A stretch of DNA of 64,000 bases, taken from NCBI RefSeq assembly GCF_009914755.1, contig NC_060928.1, one strand, 5' to 3'. The notes below the pieces were generated by a model. It worked only from the letters and a program-made list of their open reading frames with translations, was not told the origin of the DNA and did no database searches. The position numbers and the translations under genes are program-made. Positions 27,147 through 47,156 of this stretch are shown piece after piece; the first letter of the stretch is position 1; each line of letters starts with the position of its first letter. Origin of the DNA: the human T2T-CHM13v2.0 reference genome, Homo sapiens.

Positions 27147-27720
27147 TGCTGAGGCTTGAGTAGATAAACAAAGTGGCCAGGAAGCTCGAACTGGGTGGAG
27201 CCCACTGCAGCTCAAGGAGGCCTGCCTGCCTTTGTAGACTCCACCTCTGGGGCAGGGCATAGCCAAACAAAAGGCAGCAGAAACCTCTGCAGACTCAAAT
27301 GTCCCTGTCTGACAGCTTTGAAGAGAGTAGTGGTTCTCCCAGCACAGAATTTGAGATCTAAGAACGGACAGACGGTCCCCTCAAGTGGGTCCCTGACCCC
27401 GCGGTAGCCTAACTGGGAGGCATCCTCCAGTAGGGGCAGACTGACACCTCACACAGCCAGGTACCCCTTTGAGACAAAGCTTCCAGAGGAATGATCAGGC
27501 AGCAATATTTGCTGTTCAGCAATATTCACTGTTCAGCAGCCTCTGCTGCTGATACCCAGGCAAACAGGGTCTGGAATGGACCTCCAGCAAACTCCAACTG
27601 ACCTGAAGCTGAGGGTCCTGACTATTAGAAGGAAAACTAACAAAGAGGAAGGACTTCCACACCAAAACCCCATCTGTACGTCACCATCATCAAAGACCAA
27701 ACGTAGATAAAACCACAAAG

Positions 27721-28716
27721 ATGGGGAAGAAACAGAGCAGAAAAGTTGAAAATTCTAAAAATCAGAGCACCTCTCCCCCTCTAAAGGAACGCAGCTCCTT
27801 GCCAGCAACGAACATAGCTGGATGGAGAATGACTTTGATGAGTTGAGAGAAGAAGGCTTCAGATGATCAAACTTCTCTGAGCTAAAGGCGGAAGTTCGAA
27901 CCCATCGCAAAGAAGCTAAAAATCTTGAAAAAAGATTAGATGAATGGCTAACTAGAATAACCAATGTAGAGAAGTCCTTAAATGACCTGATGGAGCTGAA
28001 AAACATGGCACGAGAACTACGTGATGAATGCCCAAGCTTCAGCAGCTGATTTCATCAACTGGAAGAAAGGGTATCAGTGATTGAAGATCAAATGAATGAA
28101 ATGGAGCGAGAAGAGAAGCTTAGAGAAAAAAGAGTAAAAGAAAAAACAAAGCCTCCGAGAAATATGGGACTATGTGAAAAGACCAAATCTATGTCTGATT
28201 GGTGTACCTGAAAGTGATGGGGAGAATGGAACCAAGTTGGAAAACACTCTGCAGGATATTATTCAGGAGAACTTCCCCAACCTAGAAAGTCAGGCCAACA
28301 TTCAAATTCAGGAAATACAGAGAATGCCACAAAGATACTCCTTGAGAAGAGCAACTCCAAGACACATAATTGTCAGATTCACCAAAGTTGAAATGAAGGA
28401 AAAAATGTTAAGGGCAGCCAGAGAGAAAGGTTGGGTTACCCACAGAGGGAAGCCCATCAGACTAACAGCTGATCTCTTGGCAGAAACTCTACAAGCCAGA
28501 AGAGAGTGGGGGCCAACATTCAACATTCTTAAAGAAAAGAATTTTCAACCCAGAACTTCATATCCAGCCAAACTAAGCTTTATAAGTGAAGGAGAAATAA
28601 AATCCTTTACAGACAAGCAAATGCTGAGAGATTTTGTCACCACCAGGCCTGCCCTAAAAGAGCTCCTGAAGGAAGCACTAAACATGGAAAGGAACAACCA
28701 GTACCAGCCACTGTAA
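27721..28716 (+). pseudogene. L1 ORF1p (RNA-binding chaperone), disrupted
   Basis: atggggaagaaacagagc start; intact C-terminal 180 aa KRPNLCLIGVPE...LQARREWGPTFNILKEKNFQPRTSYPAKLSF; stops and frameshifts in the coiled-coil half. Confidence 0.9.
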
Positions 28717-28797
28717 AAACATGCCAAATTGTAAAGACCATTGATGCTAGGAAGAAACTGCATCAACTAACGAACAAAATAACCAGTTAACATCATA

Positions 28798-32607
<3,810 letters not shown>

Positions 32608-32864
32608 ACAATGACAACACTTGGACACAGGAAGTGGAACATCACACATGGGCCTGTCATGGGGTGGGGGGAGGGGGAGGGATAGCATTAGGAGACATAC
32701 CTAATGTAAATGACTAGTTAATGGGTGCAGCACACCAACATGGCGCATGTTTACATATGTAACAAACCTGCACATTGTGTACGTGTACCCTAGAACTTAA
32801 AGTATAATAAAAAAAAATGCAGTTTGATAATAAATTAAATCTCTCAAGAAGCTAGCCATTACAA

Positions 32865-35405
32865 GAGGTGACATTACCAATGTGGCGGAGTAAGAAGCTT
32901 GTCACGCTCCCTTTACACTTTTGCAGCTAACAACCATCTATTCATGGATCAGTTCTCTCTGGGGGAAAGTCAGAGACCAGTCAGGAGGCTCCTACTCACT
33001 GGGCATTGGAGAGAACATCCACATTGAGTGGGTAGGAGAAACTGATGCACACGCAGGCACAAACATCACCCCAGGTATGCATTGTGCCATAAAACTAGGA
33101 AAGAAGTTCCCAACATTCAGTTTCTCCCTGTGGTGAGGAGGGTCTAGATCTCACATACAGGGCTTTAATCCCAAGCTTCCCTGTGGTTTGACTGTTAATT
33201 CACATACTCTGGGAATGGAGGGGATTAGATACACGCCTTTCCTTCCAGATCATAGGAAATAAATCAGCCATTTTCTATGGGCATGCAAGTACTTGCAGGA
33301 ATTTCACCCTCTAGGAGCAGTGCACAAAAAGGGGGGGCTTAAAAAAACTGCAGATCTCTGTTTCCTCCTGGAAGGAGTTTACAATACATCCCTCCAGTGC
33401 CTGCTGGGTGGCCTGGCTTTTAACTAACTTGCAATGGCAAGTTAAAGAGAGAGTGAATTATTAACCTGCCACCAGTCTGGGAGGAGTTTGCACCCACACC
33501 CTGTGCCTCAACTATTACAACATCCCCCTGAGGGACTCATTCACAAATCTTCTAGCTCTGGGAGTGGAAGGGACTGTCATACACATGTCTGTCTAGATGG
33601 CAGAAAAAAAGCACTGTCTTTAAATGTGTATGCAAGCTTCTCCGGGATTTCCTCCTCCTGGAACTTCATCCTTCTGAAACAGTGCAAAGGGCCTAAAAAC
33701 AAACACCCACCTCCCCCACAATTCCCTGCTTTTTTTTTTTCCCAGAAAGGATTTAGGATGCTCACTGAGTGCCCCAATTTTTAAAGTTACCTCTTGAAGG
33801 ACTCCATCCTACACCTAGTAGCTCTGGGATCAGATGCGACTAGGTATATGTGTGTATCCCTTGATCCCAGAGGTGGTTTTAAATTGTTGTCCTAAAACTT
33901 CCAGGGGTTATGTCCCCTTAAAGCAGTGCAGAAAAGGGGCAGGAATGTGCAGCTCTCATTTTCTCTCCAGAAGGGATTCAATGGCATGGACGCTAATAAA
34001 CTGGCATTGGGGATCTAACAGAGCAAAACAAAGAAACCAGCAACAAAAACCCAGTAGCCCTTCCATAGCTGAGACAGAGCTCAGCACGTCATAAGATCTC
34101 CCTCTGGATCACTTTAGAGATAAATTCATGCCTATTTAGCCTGGAAGGTATTTGGCCATGCCCCAAGCACCACAACTTCCATAGCTCCCATCTAAAAGGA
34201 CTGTCCCTTTAACAACCCAGCTCTGGAAATTAAGGAAGGGTCTTTGTGATCCCGACTGGCTCAAGACCACAGAAAACAAACAGGTGGATGTATATTGGGC
34301 CTACTCTCAGTAGCTATCCCTCCAGGATCAGAATGTGCAGCCTGATCATGAGTGTAGATATTTGCCACAGATCCTCTCCTTGGCTTAGTCCAGAGAGATT
34401 GGGAGATAGACCCAGACTCACCGTGAAGATAGAAAGACCTGGTACTCACATTCAACACCCCAAACTCTTCAGCTATAAAGAGCCTGTCTCTTACTTTACT
34501 GGTCTTTGGGTACTGAAAAGCTGTGGCACATCTTAAGCTCCAGGTTCTACCAAAACAAGAGAGAGCAATCTGGACAAACAGAAAGATTAGATCAGATAGG
34601 CATCTTAAAATCTCTTGCTGGTTGGATTCATGAAAATCTTCTCTTACGTAAGTCCAGTCTAACTAGGCCGTATCTTATCTAATGACAGATACCAACACAG
34701 AGATCAAGGAAAATGAAGAAACAGAGATATATTCCAAACAACAAAACAAGGTAAATTTCCAGAAGCCAATACAAATGTAGTAAACTTTTGTGATTTACCC
34801 AAGGAAATTCAAAATTATGGTTATAAAGAGGCTCACAGAGGTCAAGGCAGCAATGTAAGAACAAGCTGAGAACTTCGACAAGGAGATAGAAAGTATAAGG
34901 TAGTACCAAAGAGAAATACTAGATATGAAGAATGCTATAGCTGCACTGAAAATTCAATAGAAGCACTCAACAACATACTAGTTTAAGGTGGTAGGGAGGA
35001 TCAGTGAATTTGAAGACAGGTCATTCAATCTGAGGAGCAAAAAAGAATTAAAGAGTGAAGATAGCTTAAAAGCTTATGGGGCATAATAAAGGAGAACAAC
35101 ATACATAATTGGCATGCCAGAAGTAATAGAAAGAGAGAAAGGGACAGAAAATATATTCAAAGAAGTAATGGCAGAAAACTTCCAAATTTGAGAAAGAAGT
35201 TAGATAACCAGATCTAGGAAGCCCACAGGACACCAAATAAGATGACTCTGAAGAGTCCCACACCAAAACACATGATAGTCAAATTGTCAGAAGTTAGAGA
35301 CAAAGAAATGGTATTAAAAGCAGCAAGGGAGAAGTGAATTGTCACATAGAGGAGAATCACTGTAATACTATCAACAGTTTTTAGCAGAAATTGTGCAAGT
35401 CAGAA
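32865..35405 (+). mobile_element. Old L1M (M3/M4-like) 5'UTR plus truncated ORF1
   Basis: caatgtggcggagtaaga 5' start; internally repetitive UTR (cagtgca..aaaggg, ctagctctggga); ORF1-like aaaatgaagaaacagag, gaagtaatggcagaaaacttcc, aaaagcagcaagggagaag. Confidence 0.7.
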
Positions 35406-36667
35406 AATTTCTTTCTTTTAAAATTTCATACCTTTAATATTTTGGTCATATTTCAAAAATATGTTCCCAACTTTGAGGTAGTATCCCACTCTTTCAGAAA
35501 TAAAAACATAATGAGTCCATATAATTTGGCTGAGTCCATGACACATTTTTTAAAAGGTAAATCTTAGCAATTTTTCTACCCAAAGCAAGTGGAAACCAGT
35601 AGAAGAACTAAAACTATATTGTCATTGTGGTGATTTTTGCTGCAGGATAATAATGCAATTTGTATTTTTATTAAAATCCTATATAAATTTGTAAGTATAG
35701 TATGTTGCATCTAATAATGAATTTCTTAAATGAAGGAAAAACTATCTAAAGACATTTATTCTGTGTTGAGGTTTACCTGAAATTAACTTTGCTTTTGTGG
35801 CTTTACCTTCAGTATATAGTCTTTGGAATTAAGTTTCAAATGAATTTCAGGAGGATTTGCACAACGTGTTTATATGGATTGCAATATTTGCTGAAGTTTT
35901 ATTTAAGGATAAAAACGTTTTAGACATTGCTGTTCTATAATGCAAGATAAAGATGTATCTTTCTTCCAATATCCTTTCTTTACATGTACAACTTTACTTC
36001 CTTTTATTGTTCTAATATAAATACTCCACAACTTTTGATTAAATATTTATTTTAAAAACTGTTGATTTTTTTATAGGTGAGCTAAGTACTATGATTATTT
36101 GCCCTTTATTTTACATTTCACTTTGTAAGCATAGTAAATAAACTGTGTTTTTAGATTTGCTTAGCTTTCTGTTCACCCTATCAATAATTTATACCTAACA
36201 TCTATGGTAGAATTGAAAACAGCTCCTGGATATGCTGAAACATATCAAATATTCTATCTGTTTAATTTTCTTCTAGCTAACCCAGTGCTCTTAGGACATG
36301 ATTCTCCTGCTCCAGCCTCCATTGTTTGCTCTCCAGCTTGTTTCATGAACTGTCTATAGTGTTTAAATCCTTTTCTTTGACTTGTATTATGTCTGTTGTT
36401 GTTTTTTGAGTTTATGTTTTCTCCTTGTTGGTTTACTCCCCCATTTTGGTGATGTACATTCACCACCAGCTTTCTGAAGAAAGTTCTGAATTTATGAATT
36501 GGTTAGCTTCTGTTTGGCTTTATCTCTTAAAGTTTTAGGTTTTCTCTAAGCTATTAAATCATATATCATTAGTTCATTTACTTCTCAATTTCCTGTCTTC
36601 TGCTCTTCATTCATTTTTCCTTGTGGATAAATGCCTGTTTTGTATTTTTACTGTCAATTTAAAGGGT

Positions 36668-37264
36668 TTGGTAGACAGTATCTGAAATAGTTCCCAATGA
36701 TTCCTGACTCCTGGTATTCATGTCCTTGTATAATGCCCTCTCCCATCCTTGAGTGTGGGTTGGACTTAGTGACTCACTTTTAATGAATAGTGTGGACTAT
36801 TGTCATGCAACTTCACCTCTGTGATTAGGTTACAAAAAAATCATGATTTGGTCTTTTTCTCTTGCTCTTACTCTCATTCTTGTTCTGCTGATAGCGCTGA
36901 GAGTAGCAAGCTTCCATACTGTGAGCTGCCCTACAGAGGAGCCCACATGGCAAGGAGCAAAGGAGGCCTCTGGCCAATAGCCCTTGGAGGAATGTAGGCA
37001 CTCAGTCCACCAGGCTGAAAGGAACTGAATTCTGCCATATCAGTGAGCTTGGTAGCACATTACATCCCTCATTCAAGTCTTCAGATAAGACTGCAGTCCC
37101 TACTGACACCTTGATTGTAGGCTTATGAGAAACCATGAGGTACAGCAACCCAGATAAGACATTCCCAAGTTTCCGACCCATAGACACTGTGAGATAATAA
37201 ATGTTTATAGCTTTTCCGGCTTCTAAGTTGGGGTTATTTATTTCAGAACCATAATAACTAGTAT
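36668..37264 (+). mobile_element. MLT1E/F-type MaLR LTR
   Basis: cccaatgattcctgactcctggtattcatg...ccttgagtgtgggttggacttagtgactcac...cccatagacactgtgagataataaatg. Confidence 0.85.
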
Positions 37265-37414
37265 AATTTTTAGGAAGGAATAAAGATTATTGACTGTGTT
37301 TAATTTGCCATATTTGAACAGAAACTTGAAGGCTCTTCCTAAGAAGTCACTATACATATATCTTTAAAATAAAAGTCAAATGATAATTATTTTAAAGAGT
37401 TATTATTTGGAAAC

Positions 37415-37760
37415 CTTGTGGGGAATATACTACAGGGAGCAAGACTGGAATAAAGGAGCTACTGCAGCAAACAAATGAGTATTGATGAGAGCATGAATTA
37501 AGTCAGTATCAGAGGACATAGAGGAAAGAAGGCAAATTTGAGAGCTATTAAGGAGGAATCATTGATGCAACGTAATTATTGAGTATTTTTATTAAATAAT
37601 TAGATTTCTTTTGGATTCTAATCTTTAGGGAATAAGTGGATCATGGTCTTGTTAACAAGAATAAATACTAGAGAAAAAGAAGCAAATATGGAGAGGATGA
37701 AGATGAGTTTAGTTTTGAGCATTCTGAGTTTGGGATACTGTGATATAGCTGTGTAGAAAT
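37415..37760 (-). mobile_element. LINE-2 fragment
   Basis: gggagcaagactgga...gatgagtttagttttgagcattctgagtttgggatactgtg. Confidence 0.6.
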
Positions 37761-37764
37761 AAGA

Positions 37765-38030
37765 ATAATGAAAATAATAATACATAGCATACATTAAATG
37801 CTTAATTATCAACAGGTTCTGTTTGATGCATTCTACATGGGTTTTTAAATGTTATCCTCATGACAACATTATCTAATAGTTTCAATCATTGTTTGTACTT
37901 TACAATGGATAGTCTGAGGATTACAGAGGTCAAATAACTTGCCCAAACAGCATAGATCACTTTTGAGGTAATATTGTAAATATAAGCAGTCTGTTTCAGA
38001 AGCTCAAACTTCTTACCTTGATTCCATACT
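37765..38030 (-). mobile_element. MIR
   Basis: tcctcatgacaac, tttacaatggatagtctgagg...agaggtcaaataacttgcccaa. Confidence 0.65.
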
Positions 38031-38051
38031 GTTCTCCTAGGACCAGCTTAT

Positions 38052-38115
38052 ACACACACACGGGCATGTGTGTACACACACACACGCACACACACGCGCA
38101 CACGTGCGCAAACAC
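38052..38115. repeat. Alternating purine-pyrimidine (CA/TG/CG) tract
   Basis: acacacacacgggcatgtgtgtacacacacacacgcacacacacgcgcacacgtgcgc. Confidence 0.85.
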
Positions 38116-39131
38116 AAGCCGGGCATTGTCTTCAGAGCTTTTGAATTTCTTTTGGTTGCCCTAAACATTTCTGTAACCAGACAATTATGGTTCTAATTAT
38201 ATGACTGGGCCTACAGCCTAGAGGATAATTACAGGCATTTAAAATTTTCTGGTGAATTATTATATTTTGTAAATCAGTTACATGTAAGATATGTTGATAG
38301 ATATGGAAACAGACAGGTCTGGTTTTTAGTGTTAAAATTAATCATTATGGTACAAGCCTGGGTGATGTTTCTTGCATTCATTTAAGTAGATTATAATATT
38401 GACTGTTTAAATCCAGGATCTTCAGGAATAAGAGGTTGCATAGCATAAGGATAGTCTGTGATTTTTCAATTGTTTTAACTTGAATACAATACTGAAAAAT
38501 TGTAACCCAAATAGTGTCATATAATATCTTTTACTTTTATTTGTTTTAACTTTGCTTTACTTTTTAGAAATAATATTCTGCAAATTGCAACTAGCTTGGA
38601 TTAACATAAAAGTTCATTATATTTTCTGAAATAATTATCAATTTGGCAGAACATGAAAATTACGACACTATGTATCTAAGAGAGGGAGAGAGAGAGAGAC
38701 AGAGGGAGAGAAAGAGAGAAATATCTGGGGTTTTTCTTAGGCCACTAGAAGATTTTTATTTTTGAAATAAGTAAACTTTTATGAGGTGCCTGAATAGAGT
38801 ATAGGAAGATATTAAGGCAATCAAAGCTATAGAGGTATAGAAGCTAATAGTGAAAGGTATAAGGCAATTAAGGGAAGACTTGCACACTTAAAGAATTTCA
38901 ATTCTTTCAGTGAACTATTCTCTGAAATGTTTGTTTGTATTCTTTCTTCTGTTATTTTTACATTTATATTCTGAACTTAACTCCACATTATCACCTTAGG
39001 ACATTTGGTGAGTGCCTCATTTCCTTCAGCCTTTTGATTATTAAAATTTTAAAGCATACAGAAAAAAAATGTAGAGCAAACACCTGATCTTCTTTGTCTA
39101 GTTTTAGCAATTGTTAGTTTGTCATATTTGC

Positions 39132-39132
<1 letters not shown>

Positions 39133-39163
<31 letters not shown>
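39133..39163. repeat. (TG)n microsatellite
   Basis: About 15 TG units. Confidence 0.95.
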
Positions 39164-39167
<4 letters not shown>

Positions 39168-39254
39168 TAATTCATCCTTGAATATTCCAGCATTCATCTT
39201 TAGAAATAAGGGATTCTTTAGGAGTTCTTTTTCATTGTTAATGACAAGAAAGAG

Positions 39255-39490
39255 AATGTGGTGTAATGATTAAGAGCAAAAGCATTGAGAGAGCTGAGTT
39301 TGAATCCCAAACCTGCCACTTACTACCTAAGTGAGATTTACCTCTTTACTTCTTAAAACCTCAGTTTCATCATATATACAATAGTGATGAGATATTTTTC
39401 CATATAACAGGATTACTGTAAGATGAAAGAAGAGAGTGTACGCAAAATGCTTTAGCCTAATGCCTTGTAGGTGAATCCTCAGTAAAGAGT
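39255..39490 (+). mobile_element. MIR
   Basis: gtggtgtaatgattaagagc...ctgagtttgaatccc...ctgccacttacta...cctcagtttcatcat...aaatgctttagc. Confidence 0.75.
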
Positions 39491-40169
39491 GGAGTTTTCT
39501 TATGTACTTGATGTTTGTCCCCACGTTTGTCTCACTGCTTCTTGTTCCTGTTGTTCATTTATTACATGCTCACACCCAATATAAAATCAAATTATGATTG
39601 AGAATGGAAATTTGAAAATCTGAAGAAAAGTTTGGAGAAGGCACAGTTCTGTTGGTTAACACATACTTACTCGACTCAATTTACAAAACGAAAAAAAAAA
39701 TAGCAGAAAGACTTGCCTACAGCCATCCTTTGCTGAGAATAAACAGATCTGAGTTTCCTTCTATCCAAGCTAATTTTGCATTCTTACTTAGGAAGGCTTT
39801 CAACGATGGGTAGGGTTTAGAATCTTTTGAACAACTTATTTTCAAGTGAGTTTATAGCCAGTGATCAGCGTTTGTCATTTAGAAACCTTTGTTGTTTGGG
39901 TATTTTCACAGAGAACTTAATAAGAGTAATTGGGAGGCATCTGGAGCCCTTTGACAGATCTTAGAGAAACAAACAGTATTTCTTTGGGAAAGGATTACTA
40001 GCACTCTATTAAAGAGAAAGAGCACCCATATTGGGGTTGAGTCAGTGATATTGGCTTTAATGTTGCCCAGGGTGGAAAGGGAGCTGTTTCTTTGTCAAAA
40101 GAACAATTGGACTGGCTTCAGGATAAATTCTTCTTTATCCAGAGAAAAAGAGAAAGGAAAACACTTACA

Positions 40170-40210
40170 GAATACTTCATTTTGTCAGACACTGAGCTAA
40201 CATCGTGTGT

Positions 40211-40248
<38 letters not shown>

Positions 40249-40445
40249 CTACTTTTATTGAGTCTCCACAATGACCCTAAGTGGTATTGATTGCCATCTT
40301 TAGCATATATTAGTGAGGAAACTGAGGAAACTGAGTGTTTGAGACATTAGGTCTTTTGTTCAATGTCACACAAATAGTAAGTAATACAGTTACAATTTAG
40401 ACTTAAGTTTGTCTGCTTCAGAAATTGGCATTCTTTCCACTGTAC
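40170..40445 (-). mobile_element. MIR containing (TG)n at 40205-40246
   Basis: tgtcagacactgagctaa, tgaggaaactgag, caatgtcacacaaatagtaagt. Confidence 0.6.
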
Positions 40446-40459
40446 CAATGGCTGTCAAA

Positions 40460-40595
40460 CTATAGCCCTTGACTTAGCGGTATCAATATCATTTGTAAGA
40501 AATGCAAATTTTCAGGCCTCTATCCAGATCTACAAAGTCAGAATCTCCGGAATTGGGGTTAGCAATCGGTGTATTAACAAATCCTCTGGGAGATT
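40460..40595. mobile_element. MER5A (hAT-Charlie MITE) fragment
   Basis: agaaatgcaaattttcaggcc...tcagaatctc...tgtattaacaaatcctctgggagattttga; a second MER5-like piece lies at ~42135-42200. Confidence 0.7.
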
Positions 40596-42265
40596 TTGAC
40601 GCAGGCTAAAGAGAAAGACCCCTTGCAATATATTTTTTCCCTGGAGCATCTGAAATGTAGAGAATTTAGAGAAGAAAGTAACTCTTAAGAGTAGACAGTT
40701 CCAACTCAGCAATTACAGTTCTGATGAAATCTCTCTGAAAGTATCATAATCAGGCTAAATCAAGAATAAAACTAGGGGACTTCCTTTGATAAAATCTATG
40801 AAACCACTGGAGGACTGAGACTAAGAGAAGCCATCCAAATAGGGCTCCCAGCAGAGGAGGACATTTGTGGAGGGAAAGTTGGATCATGCCAGTGGGGTTC
40901 ACTGAAATGGTTCAGTGAGAAGATCACTCACAAGGGGACTGTAGCTGATTTTCTGGGAATTGTTGATTCTAAAGCCCATTAGGAAAGGATTCTTCAGAGA
41001 CTACTTTGAAAAATATTTGGTATGAGGACACTGTGATAGCTGTGATTTGCCTGATTCAAAATACATAGTATTTGTTTCTTTCTTCTATTATCTTTTAGTA
41101 GAATTTTCTTATAAACCACTAAGATCACTATCTTGCATGTTGGATTATAGATAGTAGCCTCATACGCTAACACCACCACTTGAAATACACATATTGAAAG
41201 TCTAGACAAGGTTGGGCAGTAGATAAACAATATTAATTTACTTGTCGGGGATCCAAGCTAAAATAAAAATGACACACTTTTGAAAATCTAAGTTTCTCAT
41301 TGTCCTAGAATCTTTGACAAAGCAGAAGGGCAAAATTTTGTCCTATGCAAACTAAAATTTTGATTATGCAAACAAACTCTAAGCTGTAAGCTAAAGGGTT
41401 AGGCATAAAGTTGCCATTTATCACAAACCAATTAAAAATAAATATGGTAAGCAGATGTGACATTATAACTAGAGGAAACAGAAGCAAAAATTAGATGATC
41501 TTACTTAAACAAATGAACAGATGCATGGAAGACAACAAAACCAGCAAAACAAACAAACATTTGGAATAAGAATTTTTAAATTAAGAAATGAAGCAAAAGG
41601 GAACTGTGGTCCTAAATTGAGATATCTGGTGTGGTAAAGTGTTGTCCATTCCTTCCTTTGGCAAATCTCATTTTTTAGGCATCTGTGATTAGCACAGTGC
41701 TTTCCAGCTCCATGTTTCTCCTCAATTTAGGTCTCATCCATGCCTAGATGCGGGAGGAGCATTGCCACCCATCCAAGGTTTCTGGATATTTAGTGTTCAA
41801 GATGTCCATTGAACAAAGCAAAGCCTGGCATGTGGCCACTGTGGTCATGTTTGTGGTTCCCACACTCCCAGAATCTTTGGACTGCCAGAATAAATTTGGC
41901 AGTAGCTAGATGAGTTCCTGCCAGTAATAGGTTTGAGCATTGTTTGGACCAATTTTCTGAGTATCTGGTTGCTTCAGAATTTCCTTATTTCTAGTGTACT
42001 GTATAAAGGAAGATATGGGAATAACTTAAAGTTTTTAAAAAAGGTTTTTAAAAAGGATATATTTGGAAGGCTTTTCATAGTAGAGCTAAAGAATTACAGA
42101 TTTGAATAGGCTCATTTTAATATCCTTTACTGTCTTTGGCAATCTGTGTATTAACAAGTCTTCTAGGTAATTTTGAAGTACACTGAAGTATGAGAAACAC
42201 TCAGACAGATATCCCCTATTTAAATGCATACTCCTTCTTTTGTAATAGCATCTCTGCAATACTGA

Positions 42266-42774
<509 letters not shown>

Positions 42775-42926
42775 ACAAAATAATATTTTTATAGAGAAAT
42801 GCTATACTGTACCATACATGAATACTATATGGCAGTGCAATATTGTATTTGAATTTTGAATTTTGAATCCTGCTTGGTCATTGACTGTCTTTTCTGCATT
42901 GGAACAGACACTTAATATGTCTTATC

Positions 42927-45575
<2,649 letters not shown>

Positions 45576-45659
45576 TACTCAGGTTTTCGAGATATAAAGT
45601 GAGATAATAATTGCATCTAACTCACAAGGTGATTATGAAACTTATGAGAATGTTATAAT

Positions 45660-46360
45660 GTATTCAACTATTTTTTTTTTTGAGCTGCTATGGTATGTGT
45701 CTGGTATGGTGATAGAAGCCAGGAATACAGCAGTAAACAAGACATAGTCTTTTTTCTTAAGAAATTGTAGAGTATTCCAATATGTATAAGTACTCCTGGG
45801 TGGGAAGCTGTGGACATATCCATTTTAGTGTACATAGTATTTGGAAAGAATCAGACATAACTTCTCAGAGAGATGTTCTGTCGGGAGAAAGATACAACTA
45901 AAGTAGAAAAAAAAAATGATGGAAATGGATGGTGGGTGGAGCATTCTGGGTAGAAGAGATAACATTGGCAAAAACTTTGGAACCAAGAAAGAGCATTGAC
46001 CATTAATGGCTGCAAGTGATATAGTTTGATGTGCTAATGGAGGTAAAAGTGGAGTCCTCAGAGATGTGAATATGTAAATGCAAGTAGGGATTTATGCATC
46101 ATAACTTGTGTAATGTGGAGTCAGTAGTGAGGAATTTTAAAAAGACTTTAGCACAATTAGATCCACATTTGGTAGAGATCATTTGCCTGCATTACGTAAG
46201 ATGGGTAAGGATTCCATTTAGGTGACTGCTGTGATAATGTAGCCAACGGATAATAATGCACTCAACTAAAACAATGGCAATGAAGATGGCAAGAAGTAGA
46301 GATATTTGAGGTGTAAAGGATATAATCTCAATGTCATTTGGAAGACAATAGGATTTGACT
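45660..46360 (-). mobile_element. LINE-2 fragment
   Basis: tattcaac...ttgagctgctatg...ggaatacagcagtaaacaagaca; gagcattctgggtagaag; ggcaatgaagatggcaagaagtagagatatttgag. Confidence 0.65.
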
Positions 46361-46904
46361 GAAAAAAAATTAACATTAATTTCCCAGACCTTGTTAGCCT
46401 ATGGTTACAAAAATTTTTAAATACTCAGATTATGATCGATTGAGCTCTGACTGTTCTAATTGTTGGCAATCCATCTTCCTCCAAGTTTCCATCATCTCAG
46501 AGGATTTTCTCAGGGAGCATTCTCTTATGTACTCAAGGTCAACTTCCTAAAGTTCTTCTGCTCTGTCCCTCTGTCATGCCACCCTATGGTGGACTGTTTT
46601 ATGGACAATCTTAAAATCTTCATTTTAGGGTAGAGAGTTCCTCTGCTGGATTGGTGGTTGCAATCCCCATTCTGACCACACAGAAAGCCTTCTGCTCTAT
46701 TATTTAGACCTCTGTTGCTGTATCAGATGCATGGAATGTCTGATTTGGGGACACTAATTCTATAAGGCACAACTCCAGCCAGGCCATAGCTTTTAAGAAT
46801 ACATTCCAGAAGGACTAGGGAACCAAAGGATCCAGGGAAAGATAACATAGAAATTGATATTCATCAATGTGTGGACCCCATCTCATACTATAACCCATTT
46901 TTTT

Positions 46905-47156
46905 ATATTTATGTTTTTGAGATAGGGTCTTGCTCTGTTGCCCAGGCTGGAGTTCAGTGGCATGACTATGGTTCACTTTAACCTTGAACTCCTGGGCCCA
47001 AGCGAGCACCACATACAGCTAATTTGTAAAATTTCTGTAGAGATGGGGTCTCACTATATTGCCCAGCCTGGTCTTGAACCCCTGGGCTCAAGCAATCCTC
47101 CAGCTATGGCCTCCCAAAGTGCTGGAATTACATATGTGAGCTACCATGCCCAGCCT
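46905..47156 (-). mobile_element. AluJ with internal deletion
   Basis: gagatagggtcttgctctgttgcccaggctgg...gtagagatggggtctcactatattgcccag...ctcaagcaatcctc. Confidence 0.9.

Noticed and set aside
32661-32680. G-quadruplex motif
   Set aside because: Standard feature of L1PA 3'UTRs.
38990-39013. ccttag|GACATTTG|gtgagt possible 8-nt microexon
   Set aside because: Not frame-preserving, no host gene evident, and such motifs arise by chance.
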